From NCBI GenBank assembly GCA_963666485.2, contig CAXXUO010000002.1, forward strand, positions 256,001 through 320,000: a stretch of 64,000 bases of DNA, written 5' to 3'. This document shows positions 41,810 through 52,126 of the stretch, in pieces. The notes under the pieces are model-generated. The model worked only from the letters and a program-made list of their open reading frames with translations, was not told the origin of the DNA and ran no database searches. How positions within the stretch are numbered: position 1 is the stretch's first letter; each line of letters begins with the position of its first letter. Both the position numbers and the translations under genes were made by a program. The stretch is from Syntrophorhabdaceae bacterium (GTDB taxonomy: Bacteria; Desulfobacterota; Syntrophorhabdia; Syntrophorhabdales; Syntrophorhabdaceae).

Positions 41810-42676
41810 ATGTGGTTGCGTCGTTTTCTGATTCATTCGTGGACCGTCTCGATCTGTCTTATCATCCTGTTGCTGATCGCGGCAAGGGCTCATGGAGGGG
41901 GAGAGCTTCTTATATTTGCCGGGGCAGCAAGCAAGCCGCCGACAGAAGAAGCGATAAAAGTGTTTGAGAAAAAAACGGGTGTAAAGGTACATGTCGTGTT
42001 CGGAGGGTCCGGCTTTGTTCTGTCCCAGATGTCGCTGGGAAAGAAAGGGGATATTTACTTCCCCGGATCATCCGATTACATGGAAATCGCCAAGAAAAAG
42101 GGGCTTGTGTTCCCGGAGACCGAAAAATATGTCGTGTATCTCGTCCCGGCCATTAACGTTCAAAAAGGAAACCCGAAAAACATCACGTCATTGCAGGACC
42201 TCACCAAACCGGGGATCCGCGTTGCCATCGCCAATCCGGAAGGTGTGTGCGTTGGGCTTTACGCGGTAGAGATCATAGAAAAGAATCTTAACCCTGAGCA
42301 AAAGGCGGCCTTTAGGAAAAATCTCGTTACGTACGTGGAGAGCTGCGAGAAGACCGCGACCGCGATTTCGTTCAAAGCGGTCGATGCGGTCATAGGCTGG
42401 GAGGTCTTCAGGTATTGGGACCCGAAACGCATAGAAACGATTCCTCTCAGGAAACAGGAAGTGGTCCGCATAGGATACATACCGATAGCGGTATCCAAAT
42501 TCACGGCAAACAAGCCTCTTGCGCAAAAATTCATCGATTTTATTCTTTCCGCCGAAGGAAGGGCGTTCTTTAAAAAATATCACTACTTCTTGACCCCTGA
42601 AGAAGCTACATCATGGATCGGTGAAAAAAAGCCGGTCGGGGGAGAATACTCCGTCCCCCGGAGTTGGATAGAGTGA
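41810..42676 (+). CDS. modA: Molybdate ABC transporter substrate-binding protein
   Basis: Signal peptide, IFAGAAS, VFGGSG, DIYFPGS, NPKNITSLQDL, AIANP; upstream ModE box. Confidence 0.85.
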   Translation: MWLRRFLIHSWTVSICLIILLLIAARAHGGGELLIFAGAASKPPTEEAIKVFEKKTGVKVHVVFGGSGFVLSQMSLGKKGDIYFPGSSDYMEIAKKKGLVFPETEKYVVYLVPAINVQKGNPKNITSLQDLTKPGIRVAIANPEGVCVGLYAVEIIEKNLNPEQKAAFRKNLVTYVESCEKTATAISFKAVDAVIGWEVFRYWDPKRIETIPLRKQEVVRIGYIPIAVSKFTANKPLAQKFIDFILSAEGRAFFKKYHYFLTPEEATSWIGEKKPVGGEYSVPRSWIE

Positions 42677-42761
42677 TATCGTTACGATCTTACCGCCGGG
42701 AATATAAGGGGCCGGTTTTCTGTAGGAATGAAGTGAAATCAGGTATACAGGTTGGCGCTGA

Positions 42762-43694
42762 TCAAAAAATAATTCTATCCCCGTTCCCGAGGTAAAGATC
42801 GCTTCCGGAGCCGTTGCGCGCCGTGCCGGCCACTACCGGGTAGCCGAGGTCCATCATCCTCCGAACTGCACTCAGTCCTGTACAGTGATTGCAGGCGATC
42901 TTCCTGAAACCGTACGCGCCAAGATCTTCGACGATCTTCTCACCTTTCGCGTCGAGTTCCCCCACAGGGGCGATATGCAAGCCCCCGTACAACCCGTACA
43001 GGTTTTCTCCCCCCTCTATCTGAGTCCGGGCAAACTCGGCAAACGTTATGATGCTCTGATGGCAGCATCCCGTAACACAGACGATGCCCTTGTCCTTTAC
43101 GTGGAAAAAGAGGGATTGTTCGCCCCTTATTCTGAAAGGGACATCGAGATCGAATGTGACCGAGGCACAGCCGGGATACAGCACATATATTACATCCGGG
43201 TCATGCCGGATCAACTCGCCCGTATGGGGAAATGCATTCCCGGCATGGGACAGCGGAAACTGCGCACCTTTCAGCAGTATATGACCTTTTTCCTGAAACG
43301 TGTTGGGGATCATGATCGTAATGTCCGGGTCATGCCTGAGCACCGATGCGATCCCGAAGTAATGGTCGAAATGCTCATGCGTCACATAGAGGAATTCGAT
43401 ATCGCCCCTGTCCAGCATAGCGTCGACGCCTTCACGCTTGAATGCCGCATCCATGTAGCCATTGTTCCAACCGGAATCAAGCAGGAACGTGCGGCGGGAC
43501 CCGTCAAGCCCCTCGACCTCGACCAGGCTGGAATAGCCCCCGCTGTTGCCTTCGTCCCAATCGATCGACCACTGATCGATACTACGGCCTCCTGCCCGTT
43601 CCACGTTTTTCTGCCAGGCATCACCGTCGAGCCAGCTGGTTTCCGAGATGCATGTAATGGCAACGCTCTTGCAAACACCGATATCTGTTTTCAT
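42762..43694 (-). CDS. MBL-fold metallo-hydrolase (COG1237-like)
   Basis: LLDSG, THEHFDHYFG, EQSL, TGCCH, GGLH, HCTG. Confidence 0.85.
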   Translation of the reverse strand: MKTDIGVCKSVAITCISETSWLDGDAWQKNVERAGGRSIDQWSIDWDEGNSGGYSSLVEVEGLDGSRRTFLLDSGWNNGYMDAAFKREGVDAMLDRGDIEFLYVTHEHFDHYFGIASVLRHDPDITIMIPNTFQEKGHILLKGAQFPLSHAGNAFPHTGELIRHDPDVIYVLYPGCASVTFDLDVPFRIRGEQSLFFHVKDKGIVCVTGCCHQSIITFAEFARTQIEGGENLYGLYGGLHIAPVGELDAKGEKIVEDLGAYGFRKIACNHCTGLSAVRRMMDLGYPVVAGTARNGSGSDLYLGNGDRIIF

Positions 43695-43829
43695 CTCATC
43701 CTGAATGACGCCCCGTCAAGCGCCCGTCTGACCGCCGATACCATTTCCTGCCGGGTGACCGGCTTCATGAATGCTTTTGGGGTCAAGTTCATTGAACAGT
43801 TGAGCTTTGGTCTTGGCTTCGTCCTGCAA
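43691..43829 (-). pseudogene. Deletion remnant of a hybrid sensor kinase (N-terminal start fused to receiver-domain end)
   Basis: RBS GGAG then TTG gives MQDEAKTKAQLFNEL. Another frame gives KAFMKPVTRQEMVSAVRRALD...*, like the end of the 28582 kinase (FLMKPLSKEELAIAIRKALD). Its stop overlaps the MBL ATG. Confidence 0.55.
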
Positions 43830-43897
43830 TCTGGTTTTCTCCCTGTATTAGCTGAATACTGAATAAATTATATTACATTTTCAAACAAATTGCTTTT

Positions 43898-43990
43898 GGG
43901 GTCACGTCTTGCATTATCACATTTTGCGTTTTAATGGGACTGGGTAAGGATGTGCCAGTCATAAAATGTTATATTGCAAGACTTGACCCC
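43898..43990. repeat. 28-bp imperfect inverted repeat (REP/MITE-like)
   Basis: GGGGTCACGTCTTGCATTATCACATTTT (43898-43925) versus AAAATGTTATATTGCAAGACTTGACCCC (43963-43990), 3 mismatches. Confidence 0.75.
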
Positions 43991-44005
43991 GGGACTGCGC
44001 CCTTT

Positions 44006-45616
44006 CTATGTTACCCACACACGGTCGAGGGAGATCCCGGAAATATCCACACGGACTGCCGGCATGTTTTTTTCAATGTCCCAGGGGATAAAATAGGTCA
44101 GCTCCTCGATCTCGTCCCTGAAACGGGAATGGAATTTTTTCTTGAGGTGAGCTTCCACATCTTTGATCGTCTTCATGATGCACCGGCTTATACCTGCGCT
44201 CTCATTGAGCGCCTTGAGATACGGCACGGTTTTCAGCTGGTCCAGGGCTTCCTGCGAATGAATTCCTTCCACCTGCCGCCTCATGGCGTATACGTTCCCT
44301 TTATCGCGGATGATCAGGATGATCTCATTTACCAGGACCTTTGCATTGTTGAAGTGCAATTCCCCCTGCGAAGCCCCGATCATTCTGAGCAGCACCCGCC
44401 GTCGCAGGAGATGGTCGAAAACGAGCGTCGACAATCTTTCAAAAATAAAACGCGTGCCCCGGTGATGGAACTCCCTGAGCCTCGTGGGATCGAACCCGAA
44501 ATCGATCAGGTCGGAGATCGTCGGTTTATCAGGCGGGTTGAGCCCTGTCCTCTTCATCCAGTTGTGGAGGTACGGGCGCTGATAGAACGGGAGGCTTTCA
44601 ATGTACAGGGTCGGGTTATCCTTCAGCGTACGCGGCAGGCTATGAAGGATTTCCTCGTTCCCCCACATTCCCCCGTCGTCTTTGCCAAATGTCCAGATCG
44701 AATACGGTTGGATCGGCAAACGTCTGACCGTGTCCGAAAACGATAATTGCTCGAGGGATTCACCGCCGGTATATCCTATCAACGTCTCGATGCGCCTGTG
44801 AAAACCGATGAGCCGCGTGGCAAGCCGCGTGAACATGAAATTCATAAGCGTGTTCGGCGTTCCGGACGCAAGGTCCTCGGCGAAAAGCCTCGACAACGAC
44901 CCGTACACGTTTTGAAATTCCGCTATGGTCCGTTTGACCATGTCCTCGTTGTCGTGCATCTCGATGACGGGCCTTTTCTTTTTGAGAGCGAAAAGGATGC
45001 GGACAAGGTCCGCCTTGAGGTCTCCGGCCGCGGCCGCCTCGGGAAAGAAGACCATGTAGTTTTCAAAGCCCTCCGATCCCCCGTCGCCGATAACATCCGC
45101 CAGCGGCCGCCACCCGAGGTTCGTGTATATCGAATATGTCGGGTCGTCGCCCGGGATGATATTGTCGAGCAATCCCAGGGCCCTCTTCTTTTTCAGGAAA
45201 TCCGCAAAGGCGGTGATGATCCTGCTGCCAAGCCCCAAACGCCGGAAAGCGGGCAAGATCTCGACGTAAACCAGGTAGTAGCACGGGACGGACCTTTTCA
45301 GGTAAAGCATGTTGAGATAGCCTAAGGTCTCATCGTTGTCCGTAGTGAGCTCGAGCGTACAGAAGCGCCTGCGTTGTTCCTTTGCCCGAAAGCGTTCCAC
45401 CTTTGCCCCGTGCACGGTATGGTCAATGAGCTCATGAAGGCCGGCAAATGCCGCGTAGGGTGACGGAGCGTCAAGGCGTTCCATCTGCTCGTCGAAGGTG
45501 AAATTTATCAGGGCCAGGGCATCCGCTGCCCGCATACCGGTCTTCTTTATCCTTGTCCCGATCTGGTCGATCTGTTCCGGCAATGTCATATGCGACCCTA
45601 AACGAAAACGGGCCAT
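44006..45616 (-). CDS. Hypothetical protein with GNAT-like acetyl-CoA-binding motif
   Basis: YYLVYVEILPAFRRLGLGSRII and IYTNLGW. 536-aa ORF; start may be ATG 45589. Confidence 0.7.
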   Translation of the reverse strand: MARFRLGSHMTLPEQIDQIGTRIKKTGMRAADALALINFTFDEQMERLDAPSPYAAFAGLHELIDHTVHGAKVERFRAKEQRRRFCTLELTTDNDETLGYLNMLYLKRSVPCYYLVYVEILPAFRRLGLGSRIITAFADFLKKKRALGLLDNIIPGDDPTYSIYTNLGWRPLADVIGDGGSEGFENYMVFFPEAAAAGDLKADLVRILFALKKKRPVIEMHDNEDMVKRTIAEFQNVYGSLSRLFAEDLASGTPNTLMNFMFTRLATRLIGFHRRIETLIGYTGGESLEQLSFSDTVRRLPIQPYSIWTFGKDDGGMWGNEEILHSLPRTLKDNPTLYIESLPFYQRPYLHNWMKRTGLNPPDKPTISDLIDFGFDPTRLREFHHRGTRFIFERLSTLVFDHLLRRRVLLRMIGASQGELHFNNAKVLVNEIILIIRDKGNVYAMRRQVEGIHSQEALDQLKTVPYLKALNESAGISRCIMKTIKDVEAHLKKKFHSRFRDEIEELTYFIPWDIEKNMPAVRVDISGISLDRVWVT

Positions 45617-45813
45617 GGACCCGCCATGACCCGTTCATATTTCAAACAAACAAGCGCCGGTTACCCCCGGCCGGTCCCGGCTTCATCGCGCCGGCATATC
45701 ATAAGCATAGCACAGGATCTCCCCCGGTGGGGGTGGATCTGGTTTTTTCGGAGATGCAGCCGGGGATAAACCGATCCCGGCCGCATTCCGAACACAAAAT
45801 AAGGGTTTAGGAG

Positions 45814-46302
45814 CTATTTGAGAGGTTCCGGCATGGCTGACGAATGGTGACTGGTAATAAGCCATTTTGTACCGGTCCATCGATACGTGAATGTGTAGCG
45901 CGCATCGATACTCTCTCCTGTTTCGGCAAATGTGAAGGTGTAGAGCCCTGCATCGACGGCACTGTTGCATCCCGGTTCGACAAACCGTTCCTTTATCCGG
46001 CCCGATGGTTTTTTCTCAAGAAAGTGCCGGAAATAGTCTTCTTTTTCTCGGCTCGTCCAGCGAGGCTTATTTGAAACGGTCGGCAGCAGAAGAGAATTCT
46101 CTGCGTACAAAGCAGCGACCTTTCGCGGGTCCCCGGTCAAAAGCGCTTTGTTCCAACGGTCGAATAATGACTCAATTTCACCCGGCGTCGTGCTTTTACA
46201 CGATTGGGTATATGTGTCCGGCCCGCCCTGTGCAGCCGCCTTATGGGTGCATGCGGCCGGCAAAAGGAACAGGAGACATACGATCACTGACAATCTTTTC
46301 AC
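45814..46302 (-). CDS. NTF2-like SgcJ/EcaC (DUF4440) family secreted protein
   Basis: RBS GGAGGT then GTG 46302. Signal/lipobox, LFDRWNKAL, LLPTVSN, ARYTFTY, WLITSHHSSAMPE. Confidence 0.85.
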   Translation of the reverse strand: MKRLSVIVCLLFLLPAACTHKAAAQGGPDTYTQSCKSTTPGEIESLFDRWNKALLTGDPRKVAALYAENSLLLPTVSNKPRWTSREKEDYFRHFLEKKPSGRIKERFVEPGCNSAVDAGLYTFTFAETGESIDARYTFTYRWTGTKWLITSHHSSAMPEPLK

Positions 46303-46360
46303 TGAACACCTCCGCATGATGTTATTCAATACGATATCGTGACCGGCGTCAAGGCATTGC

Positions 46361-49300
46361 CTACCACCTGTACTTGAATCCCATTCCCCCCGTATGCAGG
46401 GTCTCATTGGCGGAGAAGGCCCCTTCGTAGGAGAGATAGAGGGAGAGGTTGCCCATACCCTGGCGGATAACGGAAACGCCGGCAACGAGCCTGTCCCTGT
46501 CGGGCCTGTCGGGTATCACCGTGAATGGTGCCCCGGGGTACCCGGTGAAGGAGGCGTTCATGCCGTAGGTGTCGTCAGAGAACTCGTGGTCCCAGCGCAA
46601 CTTCATCTCGGGGATGAGGGTACCGCTCTCGAGGGCGAACTCCTTCCTTAACCTGACGCCAAGAGAGGAGACAAGGGACGAGTAGTTTTGCCTGTCGACG
46701 CTCAAGGCGAGTGTTTCCGCCCCCGACTCGGTAAACCCGTCGCGCAGGAGGTAGCTTGCCTGGATGCCGGCAAGGGGTACGATGTCCATGAAGGTTCCCG
46801 TGAACCTGTACCCCGTCTCCACGTACCCGCTCGCAATGTGCCCCGCGTAACTCGCCTGCGCGATCCGGTCGTCTGAAGAGAATGCGAGCAGCCGCGTCGT
46901 GTCGTAATCGTTGTACCCGTATCCCAAGATGCCGTTCACGTAGACGGGACCATGGGAGTAGACGCCGTATACGGACGCCTGATGGCCCTTCACGTATGCC
47001 GTGTCACTGAGCGCGTCCATGCCGAGCTTCGTATAGGAATACCCCATGGTGATCCCCATGAGAAGCGAAGGGCTGAGCTTCGTGTCGTATCCCATGACGA
47101 ACCCCGAGGTCGCCTGGTCATACCGGGAGGATATGTCGTTCTGTCTCGTCTCCCCGAATCCGCCGTACCCCCGGGCGAAGAAGCCCCATTGCGGTTGTAC
47201 GATGGGCTGGTCGGCTGCCTCGAGGGCGTTGAGCTGGGCAAGGAGCAGGGTAGGCGCGCTTGCGCCCATATCGGTGCGGGAGCCCATGATGGGAAGGCCG
47301 GCAAAAGAGGACCCCGGGTTCCCCGAGAGGAATGAATGCGCCCTTTCCTTCATGACGTCCATATACCTGTTGAACTGGGAGAAACCGGCGGATGCGGATG
47401 CCGTATGGTTATACCCGGCGAGCCTGTCATAGGAGTTCTTCGCCCCCTGGGCGGAGTGGCTCTCGAGACTCGTCATGGCAGACCCCAAGGAGGGCCTACC
47501 CTGCGATACGGCCATCTTGATCCTGTCCTGTGGCACGGGGACCTTATTCTTATCCTGTTCCGCCTTCTCGAAGATGCGCGCGACGCTCTTCTGGTTTGGG
47601 GTCTCGGCCACATCGGAGTACGCCCTGCCGTTGCGGGTGAGCGTCAGGTAGACGTTCTTGCTGTCATAGTTGAGCGAAGGATCGAGGAAAGCGAGGTTCG
47701 TTTCGGCATTCTTGAACGTGCCGTCAACCGTATTGGCGGTGAGGATCGTGTATTTTGTATCCTTCGCATAGGTACCGGTGTCCGCGAGGACGGACACGGT
47801 GCCGCCCATGAGCGTCGCTGTGCCCTGCCCCCGTGAATACCAGTGCGGCTTCGCCACGACGAGCCTGTCGGCCTGACCCATTTCATTGGCCCTGATCATG
47901 AAGAGCGCGCCGGGATTATGGGTGTAATTACCGTAGATGGTCATACGGTTATCCTTGCCGATGGGGTTATTCCTGTTATACGGCATCAAAATACCGCTGT
48001 TCGTGACGTCTCCGGTGATCGTCCCGCTGCCTGTAAGGATGCCGTTGCCGGCGATGTTGACTCCACCTGTGACATCGGTGTTCACCGCAAGGATGCCGTA
48101 TGGTTTTATGTTGGCGTTTGCGAATGAACTGTCCTTGGCCCCGCTTTCAAGGGTCCAGTAAGCGCCCCGTGTGCCGTTGCCGACGTTAAGATTTGTTATG
48201 TTCTTGAAATAGCTGTTGAGAGAATTAGACCCGTAGAGGTTCAGGGTGTTGTTTCCCTTGCCGAGGTCTATCTTCCCGATGATCGTCGCCCCTGTATCGA
48301 GAGAGACAATATCATCTCCCTTACCGCCGTAAATGGCATAGCCGTCATTCCACATCCACTGGAACCAGGATGTGTCCACGCCGCTTACTGTCCCGACAAC
48401 ATAGATGTTCATCGCGCCTTCGGACCGAATGGCGACGGCATCCCCGGACGCGTTGGCGAAGACCTTACCCGAAATGAACATCGCTGTGTCGGGCGTACCG
48501 CCGTTGAGTGCGCCTTTAGCATAGATGCCGTAGGCATTGTGGGCCGTACCCGGAATGCGAAGCCAGTAATTTGCCGGCTCGGCTTTTATCGTACCGGACA
48601 TGATGCGAACGGAGATATCCTTGTCGGCATAAAGGCCGTAAGCGGAGTTAAAACCGGCACCGACGACCCCGCCAACCGTGGTCGCGGAAGCCGATACAGT
48701 GCCCGAGAGGGTATCGATCTTTATGTTTTCGCCGGCATAGAGACCATAGCCTGCAGCGTAGCCGACGCCGCCCGCACCGACCCCGATTGCCGTCCCATGT
48801 GCGTTCACATTTCCCGACAGCGTGCCGATCGTGATGTCCTTCCCTGCATAGAGGCCGTAACCGGTTGTGGACGCCACGCCGACGACGCCGGTCGCGACAT
48901 CTGTCCCGTTTCCTTTCACAGTTCCCGATAACGTATCGATCGTGATATCCTTGCCGGCATAGATTCCGTAACCGGAGCCGTCGCCGCCTCCAACCCCCGC
49001 CGGAATGGCGCCGATCCCGACGCCGGTGCTGAGTGCAAACCCGCTCCCGGTCACGTTTCCGGACAGGGTATCGATCGTAATGGTGTCACCTGCATAAAGA
49101 CCATAACCCGAACCGGCCCCGCCTCCAACCCCGACACCCTGCAGGCCAATTCCGAGCCCGCCACCGACCGCTGTTCCTGACCCGTACACATTGCCTGAAA
49201 GCGTGCCAATTGCGAGGTTATTGCCTGCATAGACACCGTAGCCGGAACCATAACTGAGCCCGGCCGCTGCACCGACGCCAACTCCATCTTCGATTCCCAC

Positions 49301-52126
49301 GCCTATTCCCAGTGCGAGATCGAGAGCAAAACCCGTGCCCTCCACGCTGCCGGCAAGGGTGCCGACCGTGATATTCTGTCCGGCATAGAGGCCATAGCCG
49401 GAACCGTAACTTAAACCGGCCGCGGCGCCGACACCGCCGGCCGCGCCTATACCAATACCAAGTGTACCATTCATCGCAATCCCTTGACCGGCAACGTTTC
49501 CGGTGAGGCTGGTAATTGTGATATCCTTTCCGGCATAGACGCCGTAGCCGGACCCGTAACTGAACCCGGCCCCGACACCGACGCCAGCGCCCGATGCTTC
49601 CCCGTACCCGGCTTGAAGCTGTGCCGCGGAACCCGTACCGGCAACACGTCCGGTAAGGTTGGCGATGGTAATGTTCTCACCGGCATAGAGACCGTAGCCG
49701 GACCCGTAACTGAACCCGGCCCCGACACCGATCCCGGCCCCATTGTTGCCTGACCCTATGCCTATCCCGGCCCCGACAGCCGTTCCTGTTCCATACACGG
49801 TACCCGACAGAGTATTTATTGCGATATTGTTGCCGGCATAGACGCCGTAGCCGGAGCCGTATGCGCCAATAGATTCAATTCCTGCCGCTTTATCCGAATT
49901 CCCCAGCGCGATCCCGAATCCGACTGCCGTCCCGATACCTTCGGCCTTTCCCGACAGGGTGCCGACGGTTACATCTCTGCCGGCGTAAAGACCGTAGCCG
50001 GAACCGTATGCGCCGGTGAGCCCGGCCCCGGCCCCCAGGGACTCGTGATCGTACTTTTGTCCCGTGGTTATCCCGATGCCGGCTCCAACCGCACTGCCTG
50101 TCCCCGTTACCGTACCCGATAAGGTCTCTATCTTTGCGTCCCGTCCGGCGTACAGACCATAACCGGAACCGAAGGCGCCGTTAAAGCCGAGCCCGGCTCC
50201 AACTGCTTTATATTCATACGGTGTCCGTAATCCAAACCCGGCTGTGACCGCGGTCCCGGTCCCGTTCACAGTGCCCGACAGGGTGCCGACCGTAATATCG
50301 TTGCCGGCATAAAGGCCGTAACCGGAACCGTATGCGCCGGTAAATCCTGCTCCGACGCCGGCTGGAACGCGTTTCGTTTCTCCGGTCGCAACCCCGATAT
50401 CAAAACCGACAGCGGTCCCGGTCCCGTTCACAGTGCCCGACAGGGTGCCGACCGTAATATCGTTGCCGGCATAAAGGCCGTAACCGGAACCGTATGCGCC
50501 GGTAAATCCTGCGCCAAATCCCGCAGACCCGTCCCTTTCAAAATCGTCAAACATGCTCGTCCCGCGTCCGAAATCGAATCCGAACCCGACCGATGTCCCG
50601 GTACCGTTCACAGTGCCCGACAGGGTGCCGACCGTAATATCGTTGCCGGCATAAAGGCCGTAACCGGAACCGTATGCGCCGGTAAATCCTGCTCCGACAC
50701 CCTGGCCTTGTGTACTCCATGGATACCCCGAAGTACCGCTGCCGATCCTGAGCCCGGCACCCACGGCGGTCCCGGTCCCGCTCACTTCCCCCGACAGAGT
50801 GCCAATCCCAATATCGTTGCCGGCATAAAGGCCGTAACCGGATGCATACGCGCCGTTAAACCCGACTCCAACTCCGGCTGCCATGTCTGAATAACGCAGG
50901 TAACCCGCCCCGGCGGCGAGCCCGATCGCCATCCCGTCGCCTTTCACGTTCCCCTCGAGAATATTGATCCTGATATCGTGGCCGGCCCACGCGCCATACC
51001 CCGAGGCGAACGAGCCGCTGAATTCGGCCCCCGTCGCCGCGCCGTGCTGGAAAAGCTGCCCCCTGCCGATCGCGATACCAAGTCCGACCGCATTCCCGCT
51101 CCCCGTTACATTGCCCGAGAGCGTGCCGATCCCAATATCATTACCGGCGTAAAGGCCGTAGCCGGATGCATACGCGCCCGTAAACCCAAGCCCAAATACG
51201 TGCCAGGGTTGGGTCGCAACCGAGGTGTCAGGTGCGGAGCCATATCCATCGTATAGTCTTTTTCGCCCGAAGTTTATCGCCAAACCCACCGCCGTCCCGG
51301 TCCCGCTCACGTCGCCGGAGAGGGTGCCGATCGAGATATTTTCACCGGCATACATGCCATACCCCGATCCGTAGGCCCCCGTGAAGCCGTACCTCCCGGC
51401 TCCCACACCTACTCCCGTCCCGCTTCCCGAAACACTGCCCGATAAAGTACCGACGGTGATATTTTTTCCTGCATACATACCAAATCCCGATGCATATGCA
51501 CCCGCAAATATGGCCCCGAGTGCGCCCGACCCCCCGGTGCCGGTCACGGTGCCCGAGAGATTGTCGATAGCGATGTCATTCTCCGCATAGAGGCCAAAAC
51601 CCGTTCCGTATGCTGCGAAAAGCCCGGCTGACGCGCCGAGCCCGCTGACGTTGCCGGAGAGGGTACCGATGGTGATGCTGTCAGCGGAATAGATACCGTA
51701 GGCGTTGCCATAAAAGAGCATGATCCCCATTCCGCTCACGTCGCCGGAGAGTGCGTCCATGGCGAAACCTTTGTCGGCATAGATTCCGTATGTATAAAAG
51801 GGCCGGATCCGGGAACTGTTGAGCTTTACGTCGTGTCCGGGGGCATTTTCAAACTTCACCGGTTTTTTAAGTTCGGGAAGGCTTACGTCGAGCGTTGGAG
51901 GTTCCGTCGATCCGGGCTCCCGCGGGATGTCAAATACGATCTTGTTGCCGTCGTCATCTCCGCTTGCGTTAAGGTCTTGAATCGCCTGGTTGAGGGACCC
52001 CGGGCCGGAATCATTCGTGCTCGTGACGCGGTATTCTTTGGCCGGTCCGGCACAAGGAAAGGCCAGAAACATCAAAAGAAAAAATACGAGGCATGCAGCG
52101 GATTTCTTTTTTGGGAAGTCGTTCAT
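46361..52126 (-). CDS. Autotransporter adhesin with about 23 Gly-rich beta-solenoid repeats
   Basis: Signal peptide; VTSTNDSGPGSL; repeats GYGLYAGxDITIGTLSGxVxGxG; linker YDSKNVYLTLTRN; C-terminal beta-barrel ending FKYRW. Confidence 0.9.
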   Translation of the reverse strand: MNDFPKKKSAACLVFFLLMFLAFPCAGPAKEYRVTSTNDSGPGSLNQAIQDLNASGDDDGNKIVFDIPREPGSTEPPTLDVSLPELKKPVKFENAPGHDVKLNSSRIRPFYTYGIYADKGFAMDALSGDVSGMGIMLFYGNAYGIYSADSITIGTLSGNVSGLGASAGLFAAYGTGFGLYAENDIAIDNLSGTVTGTGGSGALGAIFAGAYASGFGMYAGKNITVGTLSGSVSGSGTGVGVGAGRYGFTGAYGSGYGMYAGENISIGTLSGDVSGTGTAVGLAINFGRKRLYDGYGSAPDTSVATQPWHVFGLGFTGAYASGYGLYAGNDIGIGTLSGNVTGSGNAVGLGIAIGRGQLFQHGAATGAEFSGSFASGYGAWAGHDIRINILEGNVKGDGMAIGLAAGAGYLRYSDMAAGVGVGFNGAYASGYGLYAGNDIGIGTLSGEVSGTGTAVGAGLRIGSGTSGYPWSTQGQGVGAGFTGAYGSGYGLYAGNDITVGTLSGTVNGTGTSVGFGFDFGRGTSMFDDFERDGSAGFGAGFTGAYGSGYGLYAGNDITVGTLSGTVNGTGTAVGFDIGVATGETKRVPAGVGAGFTGAYGSGYGLYAGNDITVGTLSGTVNGTGTAVTAGFGLRTPYEYKAVGAGLGFNGAFGSGYGLYAGRDAKIETLSGTVTGTGSAVGAGIGITTGQKYDHESLGAGAGLTGAYGSGYGLYAGRDVTVGTLSGKAEGIGTAVGFGIALGNSDKAAGIESIGAYGSGYGVYAGNNIAINTLSGTVYGTGTAVGAGIGIGSGNNGAGIGVGAGFSYGSGYGLYAGENITIANLTGRVAGTGSAAQLQAGYGEASGAGVGVGAGFSYGSGYGVYAGKDITITSLTGNVAGQGIAMNGTLGIGIGAAGGVGAAAGLSYGSGYGLYAGQNITVGTLAGSVEGTGFALDLALGIGVGIEDGVGVGAAAGLSYGSGYGVYAGNNLAIGTLSGNVYGSGTAVGGGLGIGLQGVGVGGGAGSGYGLYAGDTITIDTLSGNVTGSGFALSTGVGIGAIPAGVGGGDGSGYGIYAGKDITIDTLSGTVKGNGTDVATGVVGVASTTGYGLYAGKDITIGTLSGNVNAHGTAIGVGAGGVGYAAGYGLYAGENIKIDTLSGTVSASATTVGGVVGAGFNSAYGLYADKDISVRIMSGTIKAEPANYWLRIPGTAHNAYGIYAKGALNGGTPDTAMFISGKVFANASGDAVAIRSEGAMNIYVVGTVSGVDTSWFQWMWNDGYAIYGGKGDDIVSLDTGATIIGKIDLGKGNNTLNLYGSNSLNSYFKNITNLNVGNGTRGAYWTLESGAKDSSFANANIKPYGILAVNTDVTGGVNIAGNGILTGSGTITGDVTNSGILMPYNRNNPIGKDNRMTIYGNYTHNPGALFMIRANEMGQADRLVVAKPHWYSRGQGTATLMGGTVSVLADTGTYAKDTKYTILTANTVDGTFKNAETNLAFLDPSLNYDSKNVYLTLTRNGRAYSDVAETPNQKSVARIFEKAEQDKNKVPVPQDRIKMAVSQGRPSLGSAMTSLESHSAQGAKNSYDRLAGYNHTASASAGFSQFNRYMDVMKERAHSFLSGNPGSSFAGLPIMGSRTDMGASAPTLLLAQLNALEAADQPIVQPQWGFFARGYGGFGETRQNDISSRYDQATSGFVMGYDTKLSPSLLMGITMGYSYTKLGMDALSDTAYVKGHQASVYGVYSHGPVYVNGILGYGYNDYDTTRLLAFSSDDRIAQASYAGHIASGYVETGYRFTGTFMDIVPLAGIQASYLLRDGFTESGAETLALSVDRQNYSSLVSSLGVRLRKEFALESGTLIPEMKLRWDHEFSDDTYGMNASFTGYPGAPFTVIPDRPDRDRLVAGVSVIRQGMGNLSLYLSYEGAFSANETLHTGGMGFKYRW
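50250..50698. repeat. Three near-identical 100-bp repeats inside the autotransporter
   Basis: ...CCGTTCACAGTGCCCGACAGGGTGCCGACCGTAATATCGTTGCCGGCATAAAGGCCGTAACCGGAACCGTATGCGCCGGTAAATCCTGC at about 50250, 50412 and 50596. Confidence 0.85.
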
